A stretch of DNA of 47,815 nucleotides from an uncultured Olsenella sp. (GTDB lineage Bacteria > Actinomycetota > Coriobacteriia > Coriobacteriales > Atopobiaceae): positions 1-47,815 of the forward strand of contig CAUGFC010000001.1 of the NCBI GenBank assembly GCA_959598545.1, in the 5' to 3' direction. Numbering within the stretch: the stretch's first letter is position 1; each line of letters starts with the position of its first letter. The position numbers and the translations under genes are program-made. The notes beneath the pieces are model-generated. The model saw nothing but the letters and a program-made list of their open reading frames with translations, ran no database searches and was not told the origin of the DNA. Shown piece by piece: positions 18,773-28,018 of this stretch.

Positions 18773-19747
18773 CTACAGGTCGCGGGCGGCCACGTACCCG
18801 TACGCAGACTCCGCCTGGCGGGCGCCGTCGGCTATCGCGCGCCCGAGCGCGCGCACGGCGAGCGCCCCGACCGCGTCGACCGGTGCGTCCACGGAGCCCG
18901 TGGCCATGACGAAGACCGTGTCCCCGTCGTTGGTGGTGTGCGTCGGCGTGATGGCGTGCGCGTAGGCGTCAGCCGCCATCTGCGCCACCTTGGTGGCCTG
19001 CGCCTTGGTGAGACGCGCGTTGGTGACCACGCACGAGATCGTGGTGTTGGCGCGCTCGAGCGGCATGCGGGCGACGCCGCCGAGGAGCGCCTCGACGCTG
19101 CTCCCCAGCGCGCCGCCCTTCTCGCGGACCCCCGCGATGACCTCGCCGGTGTCCGGGTCGCGCACGTCGCCGCAGGCGTTGACGGCGGCGACGGCGCCGC
19201 AGACGAGGTCGCCGGCACGCTCGACGTCCTCCCCGAGGCCCGACTTCATCGCCCGTTCGGGGCCAGAGAGCTTTCCGACCGTGCAGCCTGTCCCGGCACC
19301 CACGTTGCCGCGTGCGAGCGGACGGCCGGGGTCGTCCAGCGCGGCGGCGCAGGCGCCTCGGCCCTCCTCGGCCGTCGGACGCGCGTGGGCGTCACCACAG
19401 GCCAGGTCAAAAAGGCAGGCACCCGTGACGATGGGCACGCGGGCGACCCCCACGTCCAGGCCCACGCCGCGCCGCTCGAGCTCCTCCGCCACGCCGCAGG
19501 AGGCGGCAAGACCGAAGGCACTGCCTCCCGACAGCACGACCGCGTGCACCTCCTGCACGGTCTCCTCGGGCCGGAGCAGGTCCGTCTCGCGCGTCGCGGG
19601 CGCCCCGCCACGGACGTCGACCCCGCCCACGGCCCCCGAGGGGCAGAGGATGACGGTGCAGCCCGTGGCGCCCGCCTCGTCGGTGGCGTGGGCGGCGAAC
19701 ACGCCGGGGATCTGCGTGACGCTCTGGACGCTCTTCTCGCTAGGCAT
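18773..19747 (-). CDS. Peptidase S58 (DmpA / P1 family)
   Basis: TGCTV, DVRGGAPATRETDLL, LSGGSAFGL, GNVGAGTG, NTT autoproteolysis site, DGDTVF. ATG 19747 overlaps the end of maf. Confidence 0.92.
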   Translation of the reverse strand: MPSEKSVQSVTQIPGVFAAHATDEAGATGCTVILCPSGAVGGVDVRGGAPATRETDLLRPEETVQEVHAVVLSGGSAFGLAASCGVAEELERRGVGLDVGVARVPIVTGACLFDLACGDAHARPTAEEGRGACAAALDDPGRPLARGNVGAGTGCTVGKLSGPERAMKSGLGEDVERAGDLVCGAVAAVNACGDVRDPDTGEVIAGVREKGGALGSSVEALLGGVARMPLERANTTISCVVTNARLTKAQATKVAQMAADAYAHAITPTHTTNDGDTVFVMATGSVDAPVDAVGALAVRALGRAIADGARQAESAYGYVAARDL

Positions 19748-20372
19748 GGGCCCCTCCCGTCCTGATCGACTGCGCCACGAGGTCGCGGCCGCCCCCGACG
19801 AGCTCGCCGAGCTCGCGGACGAGTCGAGCCACGGGCAGGCCGACGACGTTGCTGTAGTCGCCGCGCACCTCGCGCACCAGCAGCCTGCCGGTGCCCTGGA
19901 TGCCGTACGCGCCCGCCTTGTCGAGCGGCTCTCCGCAGGCGACGTAGGCGTCGACCTGCTCGTCGGTGAGCTCCCAGAACGTGACGTCGCTCGTCTCGAC
20001 GAAGCGCGCCTCGCGCTCGAGGGAGCCGTCGGGGGCGAGGAGCATCGCGCAGACGCCGGTCGAGACGTGATGGGTGCGGCCCGAGAGCTCGCGCAGCATC
20101 GCGGCGGCGTCGGCGGCGTCGGCGGGCTTGCCCAGTGCCTCGTCCCCCATCCAGACGATCGTGTCGGCGGCGACGAGCAGGCCGTCCGCGGGCGCATGTT
20201 CCAGCGCCGCGCGCACGGACTCGGCCTTCTCGGCGGCGAGGCGGCCCACGAGGTCCACGGGACCCTCGCCTTCCCGGCGCGTCTCGTCTATGTCGGCAGG
20301 GACGACCTCGAGCTCAAAGCCGGCGTCACCGAGGAGCTCCCGGCGCCGGGGCGACTGGGATGCGAGTATCAC
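19740..20372 (-). CDS. maf: Maf-family nucleoside triphosphate pyrophosphatase
   Basis: ILASQSPRRRELL, ADTIV, LGKP, DKAGAYGIQ, NVVGLP. Confidence 0.95.
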   Translation of the reverse strand: MILASQSPRRRELLGDAGFELEVVPADIDETRREGEGPVDLVGRLAAEKAESVRAALEHAPADGLLVAADTIVWMGDEALGKPADAADAAAMLRELSGRTHHVSTGVCAMLLAPDGSLEREARFVETSDVTFWELTDEQVDAYVACGEPLDKAGAYGIQGTGRLLVREVRGDYSNVVGLPVARLVRELGELVGGGRDLVAQSIRTGGAHA

Positions 20373-20383
20373 AGCTTCCCTCC

Positions 20384-20417
20384 AAAAGGAAAGCGGGGAC
20401 CGAAGCGGCCCCCGCTT
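20384..20417 (-). terminator. Intrinsic terminator after ferredoxin
   Basis: Minus strand AAGCGGGGGCCG-CTT-CGGTCCCCGCTT followed by TCCTTTT. Confidence 0.75.
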
Positions 20418-20441
20418 GACGTCACGTTGACGCGCGCCGAT

Positions 20442-20627
20442 CTACTCGACGACGATGGCGGAGACGGGGCAGTTGTCGGCAGCCTCCTGAGCGGCGTCCT
20501 CGGCGTCCTCGGGCACGTCCTCCTCGATGGCGACGGCGACACCGTCGTCGGAGATGGAGAAGACGTCAGGGCAGGTGCCCTCGCACAGACCGCAGCCGAT
20601 GCACTCCTCGTTGACAGTAGCCTTCAT
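20442..20627 (-). CDS. Single-cluster ferredoxin (61 aa)
   Basis: CIGCGLCEGTCPDVF ... NCPVSAI; ATG 20627 after GAGAGG. Confidence 0.93.
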   Translation of the reverse strand: MKATVNEECIGCGLCEGTCPDVFSISDDGVAVAIEEDVPEDAEDAAQEAADNCPVSAIVVE

Positions 20628-20799
20628 GTGTGAATCCTCTCTCTTGCCCGGACCCCCTGCCCGGGTTACCACCTTTTTGTACACGTTTCGACGTCCGTGC
20701 GCAACCGTTTCTTGCGTGCGGCAGAAATAGCCCGTCAACGGCCATGAGCTGCCGTTTATTCCTAGCGTCTCGGTGGGTTTTGCCGGGGGCGCGGGCGTC

Positions 20800-21834
20800 C
20801 TAGTTGAACTTCACGAGCTTCTGGGCCGCACGGTATCCGGCCAGCGTGAGCGCGCGGCCGAGCGTGCCGGGGAGGTTGGTCGCGAGCCCCACGACACCGT
20901 GGCGGGCGCGGCGGTACATGCGGCGGTCGTAGGCCCTGAGCTCGTCCCAGAGCTTCTGGAGCTCGTCCATCGCATCCGGGCGGTCGCTCTTCTTGGAGAA
21001 GACCGAGCAGATGGCCATGATAATCGTGAAGTAGTTCATCATGTAGCTGCGCAGCTTTGCAGAGGAGACCTCGTCGTAGACGTGGTAGGCGTGCATCATG
21101 ACGCGCGCGACGCGCCAGTAGTGGTCCACGCGGCTCGTGAGGACCTTGTCGTTGACGGACTGGTCCTCGCGGCCGATGAAGTAGCGGTAGACGTCCACGT
21201 CGAGGTAGTAGATGCTGCGACACGCCGGGAAGGGCACGTAGGCGTAGATGTTGTCGACGTAGAAGGTGTGGGGCGGCATCTCGAGCCCCACCTCGCGCAG
21301 CACGTCGACGCGGTAGGTCAGCGCGTGCATGAGCAGGTACTGCCACATCATGAAGTGGCCCATGTCGTTCCAGGTGAAGATGCGCCCGACCGGCAGCACG
21401 CGACGGTAGTCGACCTTGTTCTGCGTATCGTCTTCGACGTGCTCGTAGACGTAGTTGGTGATCACGAGGTCGACGTGCTCCCCCAGCTCCTCGAAGCGGC
21501 GAAGCTGGTCGAGAAGGGCCCGCACGGCATCGGCGTCCACCCAGTCGTCCGAGTCGATGTTCTTGAAGTAGGTGCCGCTCGCGTTCTTCACGGCCTGCAT
21601 GACCGCGGCGCCGTGCCCGCCGTTCTCCTGGTGGACCGCCTTGATGATGCCCGGGTGACGCTCGGCCCAGGCGTCGGCGCGCTGGGGCGTGTCGTCCTTG
21701 GTCGAACCGTCGTCGACGATGATAATCTCGACGTCCTCCGCGTACCCGGTGCCCTCCAGGATGGACTCGATGCAGTGGTCCATGTAGGCGGACGAGTTGT
21801 AGCACGGGATGCCGAACGTGATGGTCTTCTTCAT
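20800..21834 (-). CDS. Glycosyltransferase family 2
   Basis: IPCYNS, IVDDGS, HQENGGHG, IDSDDW (DxD motif); follows glf. Confidence 0.92.
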   Translation of the reverse strand: MKKTITFGIPCYNSSAYMDHCIESILEGTGYAEDVEIIIVDDGSTKDDTPQRADAWAERHPGIIKAVHQENGGHGAAVMQAVKNASGTYFKNIDSDDWVDADAVRALLDQLRRFEELGEHVDLVITNYVYEHVEDDTQNKVDYRRVLPVGRIFTWNDMGHFMMWQYLLMHALTYRVDVLREVGLEMPPHTFYVDNIYAYVPFPACRSIYYLDVDVYRYFIGREDQSVNDKVLTSRVDHYWRVARVMMHAYHVYDEVSSAKLRSYMMNYFTIIMAICSVFSKKSDRPDAMDELQKLWDELRAYDRRMYRRARHGVVGLATNLPGTLGRALTLAGYRAAQKLVKFN

Positions 21835-21870
21835 GCCTGTCCTTCTCGCGGGCGCGGTCAAGCGCCCTTG

Positions 21871-23073
21871 CTAGCTGTGCTGGGCGATGATCTCGTCGGA
21901 GAGGTCGAGCGCGGAGGCGACGACGCCGTCCATGTCGTAGTAGCGGTACTCGGCGAGGCGGCCGACGCAGTGGAAGTTGACGAGGTCGTCGACGCGCGAC
22001 CGATAGCGGCGGTAGAGCTCGAGGTTCTCGTCCTCAAGAATCGCGTAGTAGGGGGTGTCGCCGCTCAGCGGGACGTAGTCGCGGGAGTACTCGCGCATGA
22101 TGGTGGTCCTGCCGGGAGCCTCCTGGCCAGTCATGTTCTTGAACTCGGTGATGCGGGTGAAGGCCTCGCTCGTGGTGTAGTTCACGGTGCCGACGGGCTG
22201 GAAGCGGTCCTGCGGCAGCGTCTCGAAGACCATGTCCAGCGTGCGGTACGGGAGCGCACCGAGGTCGAGGTCGAAGAGCTCGTCGAGCGGGCCGGTGTAG
22301 ATGACCTCGCCGCCGTAGGGCTGCCCGCAGACGGAGACGCTCGTCTCCCCCACCGTGAGCAGCTCCCTGGCGTCCACGCCGAGAAAAACGTCGATGCAGT
22401 CATGGTCGAGCATGTGCTCGAAGAGCGAGGTGTAGCCCTCGGCCGGCATGCCCTGGTGGGGCGCCTGGGGAAAGTAGCGGTCGTCGTCGCCCACGAACAC
22501 GGGAACGCGCCCGGTGATCGACGGGTCGATCTGGTCGGGGGTCTGTCCCCACTGCTTCATCGTGTAGTGGAGGAAGACGTTCTCGTAGACGTAGTCGGCG
22601 ACCTCCGCGAGCTCGGGGTCGTTCTTCTCGCGGAGCTCCATGATGGGGACCTTGCGGTTCTCGCCGAAGGTCTCGACGAGCTTGCGGTAGAGGCGCTCGC
22701 CGCGCTCCTCGCCGAAGGCGAGCAGCAGGGACCGGTGGTTGAAGGGGACCGGCATGAGCGTTCCGTGGATGTTGGCGAGGACCTTGTGCTGGTAGTCCGC
22801 CCACTCGGTGAAGCGGGAGAGGAACTCGTGGACCCGGTCGCTGGTGGTGTGGTAGATGTGCGGGCCGTACTTGTGTATGAGGATGCCGGCCTCGTCCTCG
22901 TAGTCGTAGGCGTTACCGGCGATGTGATCGCGACGCTCAAGCACGCAGACCTTGAAGCCGCAGGACTCCGCCAGGCGCCGCGCGCACGTCGCGCCCGCAT
23001 AGCCGGCGCCGACGACGAGGGCGTCGTAGGAGCCCGCGTTGAAGCCGGCCGGAAGACCCGTGATGACAGCCAT
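21871..23073 (-). CDS. glf: UDP-galactopyranose mutase
   Basis: VVGAGYAG, HKYGPHIYHT, YTMKQWG, LPYRTL, FTRITEFK, GRLAEYRYYDMD. Confidence 0.95.
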   Translation of the reverse strand: MAVITGLPAGFNAGSYDALVVGAGYAGATCARRLAESCGFKVCVLERRDHIAGNAYDYEDEAGILIHKYGPHIYHTTSDRVHEFLSRFTEWADYQHKVLANIHGTLMPVPFNHRSLLLAFGEERGERLYRKLVETFGENRKVPIMELREKNDPELAEVADYVYENVFLHYTMKQWGQTPDQIDPSITGRVPVFVGDDDRYFPQAPHQGMPAEGYTSLFEHMLDHDCIDVFLGVDARELLTVGETSVSVCGQPYGGEVIYTGPLDELFDLDLGALPYRTLDMVFETLPQDRFQPVGTVNYTTSEAFTRITEFKNMTGQEAPGRTTIMREYSRDYVPLSGDTPYYAILEDENLELYRRYRSRVDDLVNFHCVGRLAEYRYYDMDGVVASALDLSDEIIAQHS

Positions 23074-23141
23074 GGACATCCTCTCTGAGCAGATGGGGCG
23101 AAGTCGCGCACAACTCGTGCGCTCGCCCATTCGTCTGCACG

Positions 23142-23165
23142 ATTCTATCACCTCGCCCCTATAAT
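23142..23165. promoter_or_regulatory. Back-to-back -10 elements for glf (TAGAAT, minus, 23142-23147) and pta (TATAAT, plus, 23160-23165)
   Basis: Consensus or near-consensus hexamers on opposite strands in the divergent intergenic region. Confidence 0.6.
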
Positions 23166-23260
23166 GGACCCGAGCGAGCGCCCCTGCCCCACCTGCACAC
23201 AATCGCATGCAGCAGGATGACGCGCGCGCGAGGACAAACGGCGTCAGTGAAGGAGTTTCG

Positions 23261-24259
23261 ATGAGCGATTTTCTCGCACGCATGAAGGCCGCGGCCAAGG
23301 CCTACAAGAAGACGATCGTCCTGCCCGAGGGCGAGGATCCGCGCACCATCGAGGCCGCGCGCAAGGTCGTGGCCGAGGACCTGGCCAACCTCGTCATCCT
23401 GGGTGACCCTGCCCAGATCGACGTCGAGGGCGTCACCGTCATCGACCCGACCTCCCCCACCGCGCCCAAGCACGAGGCCTATGCCCAGAAGTTCGCCGAG
23501 CTCCGCGCCAAGAAGGGCGTCACCATCGAGCAGGCCCGCGCCCAGATGATGGACGCCACCTACTACGGCACCATGATGGTCAAGATGGGCGACGCCGACG
23601 GCCTGGTCTCCGGCGCCTGCCACTCCACCGCCAATACGCTGCGCCCCGCGCTGCAGATCCTCAAGACCGCCCCGGGCACCAAGCTCGTCTCCGCCTTCAT
23701 GGTCATGTGCACCAAGACCCCCGAGTTCGGCGCCGACGGCACGCTCGTCTTCGCCGACTGCGGCCTCAACATCGACCCGACCTCCGACGAGCTCTCCGAG
23801 ATCGCCATCGCCTCCGCCAACTCCTTCGCCACCTTCATGGATGACGTGGAGCCGCGCGTGGCCATGCTCTCCTACTCCACGATGGGCTCGGCCGGCGGCG
23901 ACACCGCCAAGAAGGTCCAGGAGGCCACGGCCTTCGCCAAGGAGAAGGCCCCCGAGCTCGCCATCGACGGCGACCTGCAGCTCGACGCCGCCATCGTCCC
24001 CGAGGTCGCGGCCCTCAAGGCGCCCGACAGCAAGGTGGCCGGCCACGCCAACGTCCTCGTCTTCCCCAACCTCGAGACCGGCAACATCGGCTACAAGCTT
24101 GTCCAGCGCTTCGGCAACGCCGAGGCGTACGGCCCCATCCTGCAGGGCATCGCCAAGCCGGTGAACGACCTCTCCCGCGGCTGCGTCGCCGACGACATCG
24201 TGGGCGTCGTCGCCATCACCGCCGTCCAGGCCCAGATGGCTGAGATGCACGAGGAGTAG
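23261..24259 (+). CDS. pta: Phosphate acetyltransferase
   Basis: IVLPEGEDPR, ADGLVSGA, FADCG, AMLSYST, DGDLQLDAA, GNIGYK, GPILQG, NDLSRGC; AAGGAG RBS. Confidence 0.96.
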   Translation: MSDFLARMKAAAKAYKKTIVLPEGEDPRTIEAARKVVAEDLANLVILGDPAQIDVEGVTVIDPTSPTAPKHEAYAQKFAELRAKKGVTIEQARAQMMDATYYGTMMVKMGDADGLVSGACHSTANTLRPALQILKTAPGTKLVSAFMVMCTKTPEFGADGTLVFADCGLNIDPTSDELSEIAIASANSFATFMDDVEPRVAMLSYSTMGSAGGDTAKKVQEATAFAKEKAPELAIDGDLQLDAAIVPEVAALKAPDSKVAGHANVLVFPNLETGNIGYKLVQRFGNAEAYGPILQGIAKPVNDLSRGCVADDIVGVVAITAVQAQMAEMHEE

Positions 24260-24319
24260 GTGTGATGCTCGTCGCCCGCTACCCTGAGCTGCTCGGCTAG
24301 GGATATCGACAAGGACTTC

Positions 24320-24353
24320 AAGACGGCCCGGCAACTCTTTGTCGGGCCGTCTT
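24320..24353. terminator. Stem-loop between convergent pta and the PIN remnant
   Basis: AAGACGGCCCGGCAA-CTCT-TTGTCGGGCCGTCTT, a 15-bp stem with one G-U pair. Confidence 0.7.
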
Positions 24354-24364
24354 CCTGTGCGAAG

Positions 24365-24733
24365 TCAGCCGCGTCCCAGCAGCTCCTCGCGCGTGTAGGC
24401 GCGCCCGGGGCCCTCCGCGGTCTCAAGACGGATGGTCCAGGGGTCGTCCTTCTCGGACGTGTCCTCGTAGACGCAGTTGAGGCCGTTTTGCAGCGCGAGC
24501 CTGACGAGCCGCTGGTCCATGGTGAACAGCGTCCCCGCCGTCCTTCTCGCCAGCACGAAGTAGAACATGTCGTAGCTCGAATGGTTGAGTCTCACGGACT
24601 CTGAGAGAACCTCCTGGAAGAGCTTCTCCATAGAAACGAGCTCGTCGACCAACCCCAACGCGCGCTCGAGATTGCGGCGCATCTCATCTGCCCTCATTCG
24701 CTCGCCCCGAACCAGCTTCTGGAAGACGTAGGT
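24365..24733 (-). pseudogene. 5'-truncated PIN-domain (VapC-like) toxin remnant
   Basis: TYVFQKLVRG...HSSYDMFYFVLARRTAGTLFTMDQRL matches the C-terminal part of PIN nucleases. The first catalytic Asp strand, a start codon upstream of the homologous part and an antitoxin gene are all missing. Confidence 0.7.
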
Positions 24734-24753
24734 GTGACGCGCGGCGGGTACGG

Positions 24754-24784
24754 AAAAAGCCCCAGGCCTGTGACCTGGGGCTTT
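24754..24784 (-). terminator. Intrinsic terminator of pckA
   Basis: Minus strand AAAGCCCCAGG-TCACAGG-CCTGGGGCTTT-TT. Confidence 0.8.
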
Positions 24785-24844
24785 GCAAAGCGAGAAGGGC
24801 GGTGGGCCAGAAGCGTGAACCCAAACCTCAGAGAGGCGCGGAGC

Positions 24845-26446
24845 CTAGCGGCCGATGGGCTTGGGGCCAGCGGCGCGGACCTCGGGCGCCATCGTGGTGA
24901 GGCGCTTCTCGGCGTTGTCGACGAACATCTGGGCGAGCTTCTCGGCCATCTCGTCGTAGGCCGCGCGGTCCTCCCAGGTGTTGCGGGCGTTGAGGAGCTC
25001 GCTCGGCACGCCGGGGCAGGAGGTGGGCACGTCGAGGTTGAAGCGCTCGTCGTGGACGAACTCGGAGTCGTCGATGATGCCGGACTGGGCGGCCTCGACC
25101 ATCTTGCGCGTGTAGGCGAGCTTCATGCGCTTGCCCACGCCGTAGGGGCCACCGGTCCACCCGGTGTTGATGAGGTAGACGCGCACGCCGCCCTTGTCGA
25201 TCTTCTCGCCCAGCATCTGTGCGTAGACGTTGGGGTCGAGCGGCATGAACGGCTCGCCAAAGAGCGAGGAGAACGTGGGCTGGGGCTCCTTGATGCCGCG
25301 CTCGGTGCCGGCGACCTTGGAGGTGAAGCCGGTCATGAAGTGGTACATGGCGGCGTCGCGGTCGAGCTTGGCGATCGGGGGCAGCACGCCGAAGGCGTCG
25401 GCCGTGAGGAAGATCACGACGTCGGGGGTGCGCTTGGCGCGACCCTTTGCCACTGCGCCGGGGACGAACTCGACCGGGTAGGCCACGCGGCCGTTCTCGG
25501 TGAGGGAGGTGTCGAAGTAGTCGGCCACGCGCGTCTCGTCGTCGATCACGACGTTCTCGCACATGGAGCCGAAGCGGATGGCGTTCCAGATCTGCGGCTC
25601 GGTCTCGGGCGTGATGTCGATGGTCTTGGCGTAGCAGCCGCCCTCGATGTTGAAGACGCGGTCCTCGGCCCAGCCGTGCTCGTCGTCGCCGATGAGGAGG
25701 CGGTCCTCGGCGGCGGAGAGGGTGGTCTTGCCGGTGCCGGAGAGGCCGAAGAAGACCGTGGTGCCGTGGGAGCGCGGGTTCATGTTGCAGGAGCAGTGCA
25801 TGGTGAGCACGTTGTCCTCAACGGGCAGCAGGTAGTTCATAACCGAGAAGATCGACTTCTTGATCTCGCCGGAGTACTGGGTGCCCACGACGAGGATCAT
25901 ACGCTCCTGGAAGTTGATGAGGACGGCGGCCTCGGAGTGGGTGCCGTGGACCTCGGGGTCGAGCTTGAGCGTGGGGGCGGCCATGACGACGAAGTCGGCG
26001 TCGCCGAAGTCGCGGAGCTCGTCCTCGGTGGGACGGACGAGCATCTGATGGACGAAGAGCGCCTGGCTGGCAAGCTCGCAGATGGCGCAGATCTTGCGGG
26101 AGTAGCGGCGCTCGGCGCCGGCGAGTCCGTGCACGACGAAGAGGCGGCGCTCGGAGAGATGGCCGATGACCTCGCTCTTGATCTTCTGGTAGTTCTCCTC
26201 GGAGAACGGCACGTTGACATTGCCCCAGGCGATCTTGTCGTGGACGTCGGGCGTGTCGACGATGAAGCGGTCCTTGGGCGAGCGGCCGGTATACTGGCCG
26301 GTGATGACGGAGAGCGAACCGGTGCTCGTGAGCTCGCCCTCGCCGCGCTCAACGGCGGTCTCGATGAGAACGGCCGGGGACGCGTCGATGACGGTCTTCT
26401 CCTCCGTGTGGGCGATGCCGTAGCGCTGAAGTTCCTCGATGATCAT
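24845..26446 (-). CDS. pckA: Phosphoenolpyruvate carboxykinase (ATP)
   Basis: TGRSPKDRF, YSGEIKK, MHCS, FFGLSGTGKTTLS, LIGDDEHGW, EGGCYAK, TENGR; AAGGAGG RBS before ATG 26446. Confidence 0.97.
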   Translation of the reverse strand: MIIEELQRYGIAHTEEKTVIDASPAVLIETAVERGEGELTSTGSLSVITGQYTGRSPKDRFIVDTPDVHDKIAWGNVNVPFSEENYQKIKSEVIGHLSERRLFVVHGLAGAERRYSRKICAICELASQALFVHQMLVRPTEDELRDFGDADFVVMAAPTLKLDPEVHGTHSEAAVLINFQERMILVVGTQYSGEIKKSIFSVMNYLLPVEDNVLTMHCSCNMNPRSHGTTVFFGLSGTGKTTLSAAEDRLLIGDDEHGWAEDRVFNIEGGCYAKTIDITPETEPQIWNAIRFGSMCENVVIDDETRVADYFDTSLTENGRVAYPVEFVPGAVAKGRAKRTPDVVIFLTADAFGVLPPIAKLDRDAAMYHFMTGFTSKVAGTERGIKEPQPTFSSLFGEPFMPLDPNVYAQMLGEKIDKGGVRVYLINTGWTGGPYGVGKRMKLAYTRKMVEAAQSGIIDDSEFVHDERFNLDVPTSCPGVPSELLNARNTWEDRAAYDEMAEKLAQMFVDNAEKRLTTMAPEVRAAGPKPIGR

Positions 26447-26640
26447 GCATGCCTCCTTATGGCAGGCGGCCGTGCCGCCGACTGTTGACGCATCGAAGAT
26501 GCCCATAATCCGAGGGCACCGGTTGGATATTATGCCACACATCCCCGCTTGCGGTCTCATTCGCCCCATTCGGCTATCCGGCGACGGAGAATCGACGCAA
26601 AACGATAGAGTTTTGAGAGATAGGACGATAGGAGGAAGAC

Positions 26641-27525
26641 ATGGCACAGCTCACCACCATCTCCGACGGCAGGCTCTCCGCGACGGTCGACGCCGCGGGG
26701 GCCCAGCTCATGAGCCTCAGGCTCGACGATGCCGAGTATCTCTGGCAGGGCGACGAGCGCTACTGGCCGCGTCGCGCCCCGGTCCTCTTCCCCATCGTCG
26801 GCTGCCTGCGCGAGGGACGCGCGACGAGCGCCCAGGGCGAGGTGCACCTAGAGCGCCACGGCATCGCCCGCTCGCACGAGCACGCGGTGAGCGAGGTCAC
26901 CCCCACGAGCGTGACCTACGAGCTCCGCTCGACGGACGAGACCCGCGCCCGCTACCCCTTCGACTTCCGCCTCAACATGACCTACGCGATCGAGGACGGC
27001 GCGCTCATGCAACGCTTCTCGGTCACCAACACCGGCTCCGTGGAGCTTCCGTTCACGCTCGGCGGGCACCCTGCCTTCAACGTCCCCGTCCCCGGAGAGG
27101 AGGGCGCGTCCTTCTCGGACTACGAGCTCGTGTTCCCGGAGCCCTGGACGGCACGCGTCCCGTCGATCGACGAGCAGGGACTCCAGGACTTCGGCCACAT
27201 GCACGAGCTCTTCCGCGACACGGACCGAATCCAGCTCACGCACGAGCTCATAGACGAGCTCCTCACGGTCGTGTTCCTCGACGTACCCGGCCGCTCGGTG
27301 AGGCTCGTCGGCCCCGCCGGCCACGGCGTTCAGGTCGACTTCGACGGGTTCTCCTTCCTCGGCGTGTGGACCGCCACGAGCGACTCCCCGTTCGTCGCGA
27401 TCGAGCCCTGGGTGGGCTGCGCCACGGCCTACGACGAGTCGGACGTCTTCGAGGAGAAGCGCGGCACCATCACGCTCGCCCCCGGCGAGACCTGCGTGAG
27501 GTCCTTCTCGATGAGGCCCTTCTAG
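26641..27525 (+). CDS. Aldose 1-epimerase family protein (LacX-like)
   Basis: EYLWQGD..YW...APVLFPIVG, RHGIAR, YPFDF, GGHPAF, FVAIEPW. Confidence 0.9.
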   Translation: MAQLTTISDGRLSATVDAAGAQLMSLRLDDAEYLWQGDERYWPRRAPVLFPIVGCLREGRATSAQGEVHLERHGIARSHEHAVSEVTPTSVTYELRSTDETRARYPFDFRLNMTYAIEDGALMQRFSVTNTGSVELPFTLGGHPAFNVPVPGEEGASFSDYELVFPEPWTARVPSIDEQGLQDFGHMHELFRDTDRIQLTHELIDELLTVVFLDVPGRSVRLVGPAGHGVQVDFDGFSFLGVWTATSDSPFVAIEPWVGCATAYDESDVFEEKRGTITLAPGETCVRSFSMRPF

Positions 27526-27527
27526 CC

Positions 27528-28016
27528 ATGGGCCAGATTCGCCGCGCGACCACAGACGACCTCGAGGCCGTCTGCTCAATCTATGCCGCCGCCCGCGCGT
27601 TCATGCACGCGAACGGCAATCTCACCCAGTGGCCCGGCGACTATCCGGGCCTCCCTGACGCCGAGATGGACCTCGGGGCCGGCGCCCTCTGGGTGCTCGA
27701 CGAGGGGTCCGGCCCCGTTGCCGTCATGAGCGTGCTCCCCGGCCCGGACCCCACCTACTCCGTGATCGAGGGCGAGCCGTGGCTCAACGACGACCCCTAC
27801 TGGGTCATGCACCGCCTCGCCGTGGCCGAGAGCGGCCGAGGGGCCGGCACGCGCATGCTCTCGTGGCTCTGCGCAAAGCACGACAACGTCCGCGCCGACA
27901 CCCACGCCGACAACGTTCCCATGCAGCGCACGCTCGAGAAATGCGGCTTCGTGCGCCGCGGCACGATCTGGGTCGAGGACGGCACGCCGCGGATCGCGTA
28001 CCACTTCGTGCGGTAG
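27528..28016 (+). CDS. GNAT-family N-acetyltransferase
   Basis: IRRAT..DL, GNLTQW..YP, MHRLAV...GRGAG, RADTHADNVPMQRTLEKCGF. Confidence 0.88.
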   Translation: MGQIRRATTDDLEAVCSIYAAARAFMHANGNLTQWPGDYPGLPDAEMDLGAGALWVLDEGSGPVAVMSVLPGPDPTYSVIEGEPWLNDDPYWVMHRLAVAESGRGAGTRMLSWLCAKHDNVRADTHADNVPMQRTLEKCGFVRRGTIWVEDGTPRIAYHFVR

Positions 28017-28018
28017 CC

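Noticed and set aside
24698..24847. PIN fragment is in frame with the pckA TAG stop (possible read-through fusion)
   Set aside because: One-in-three chance coincidence; a terminator hairpin lies in between and the intervening peptide is not protein-like.
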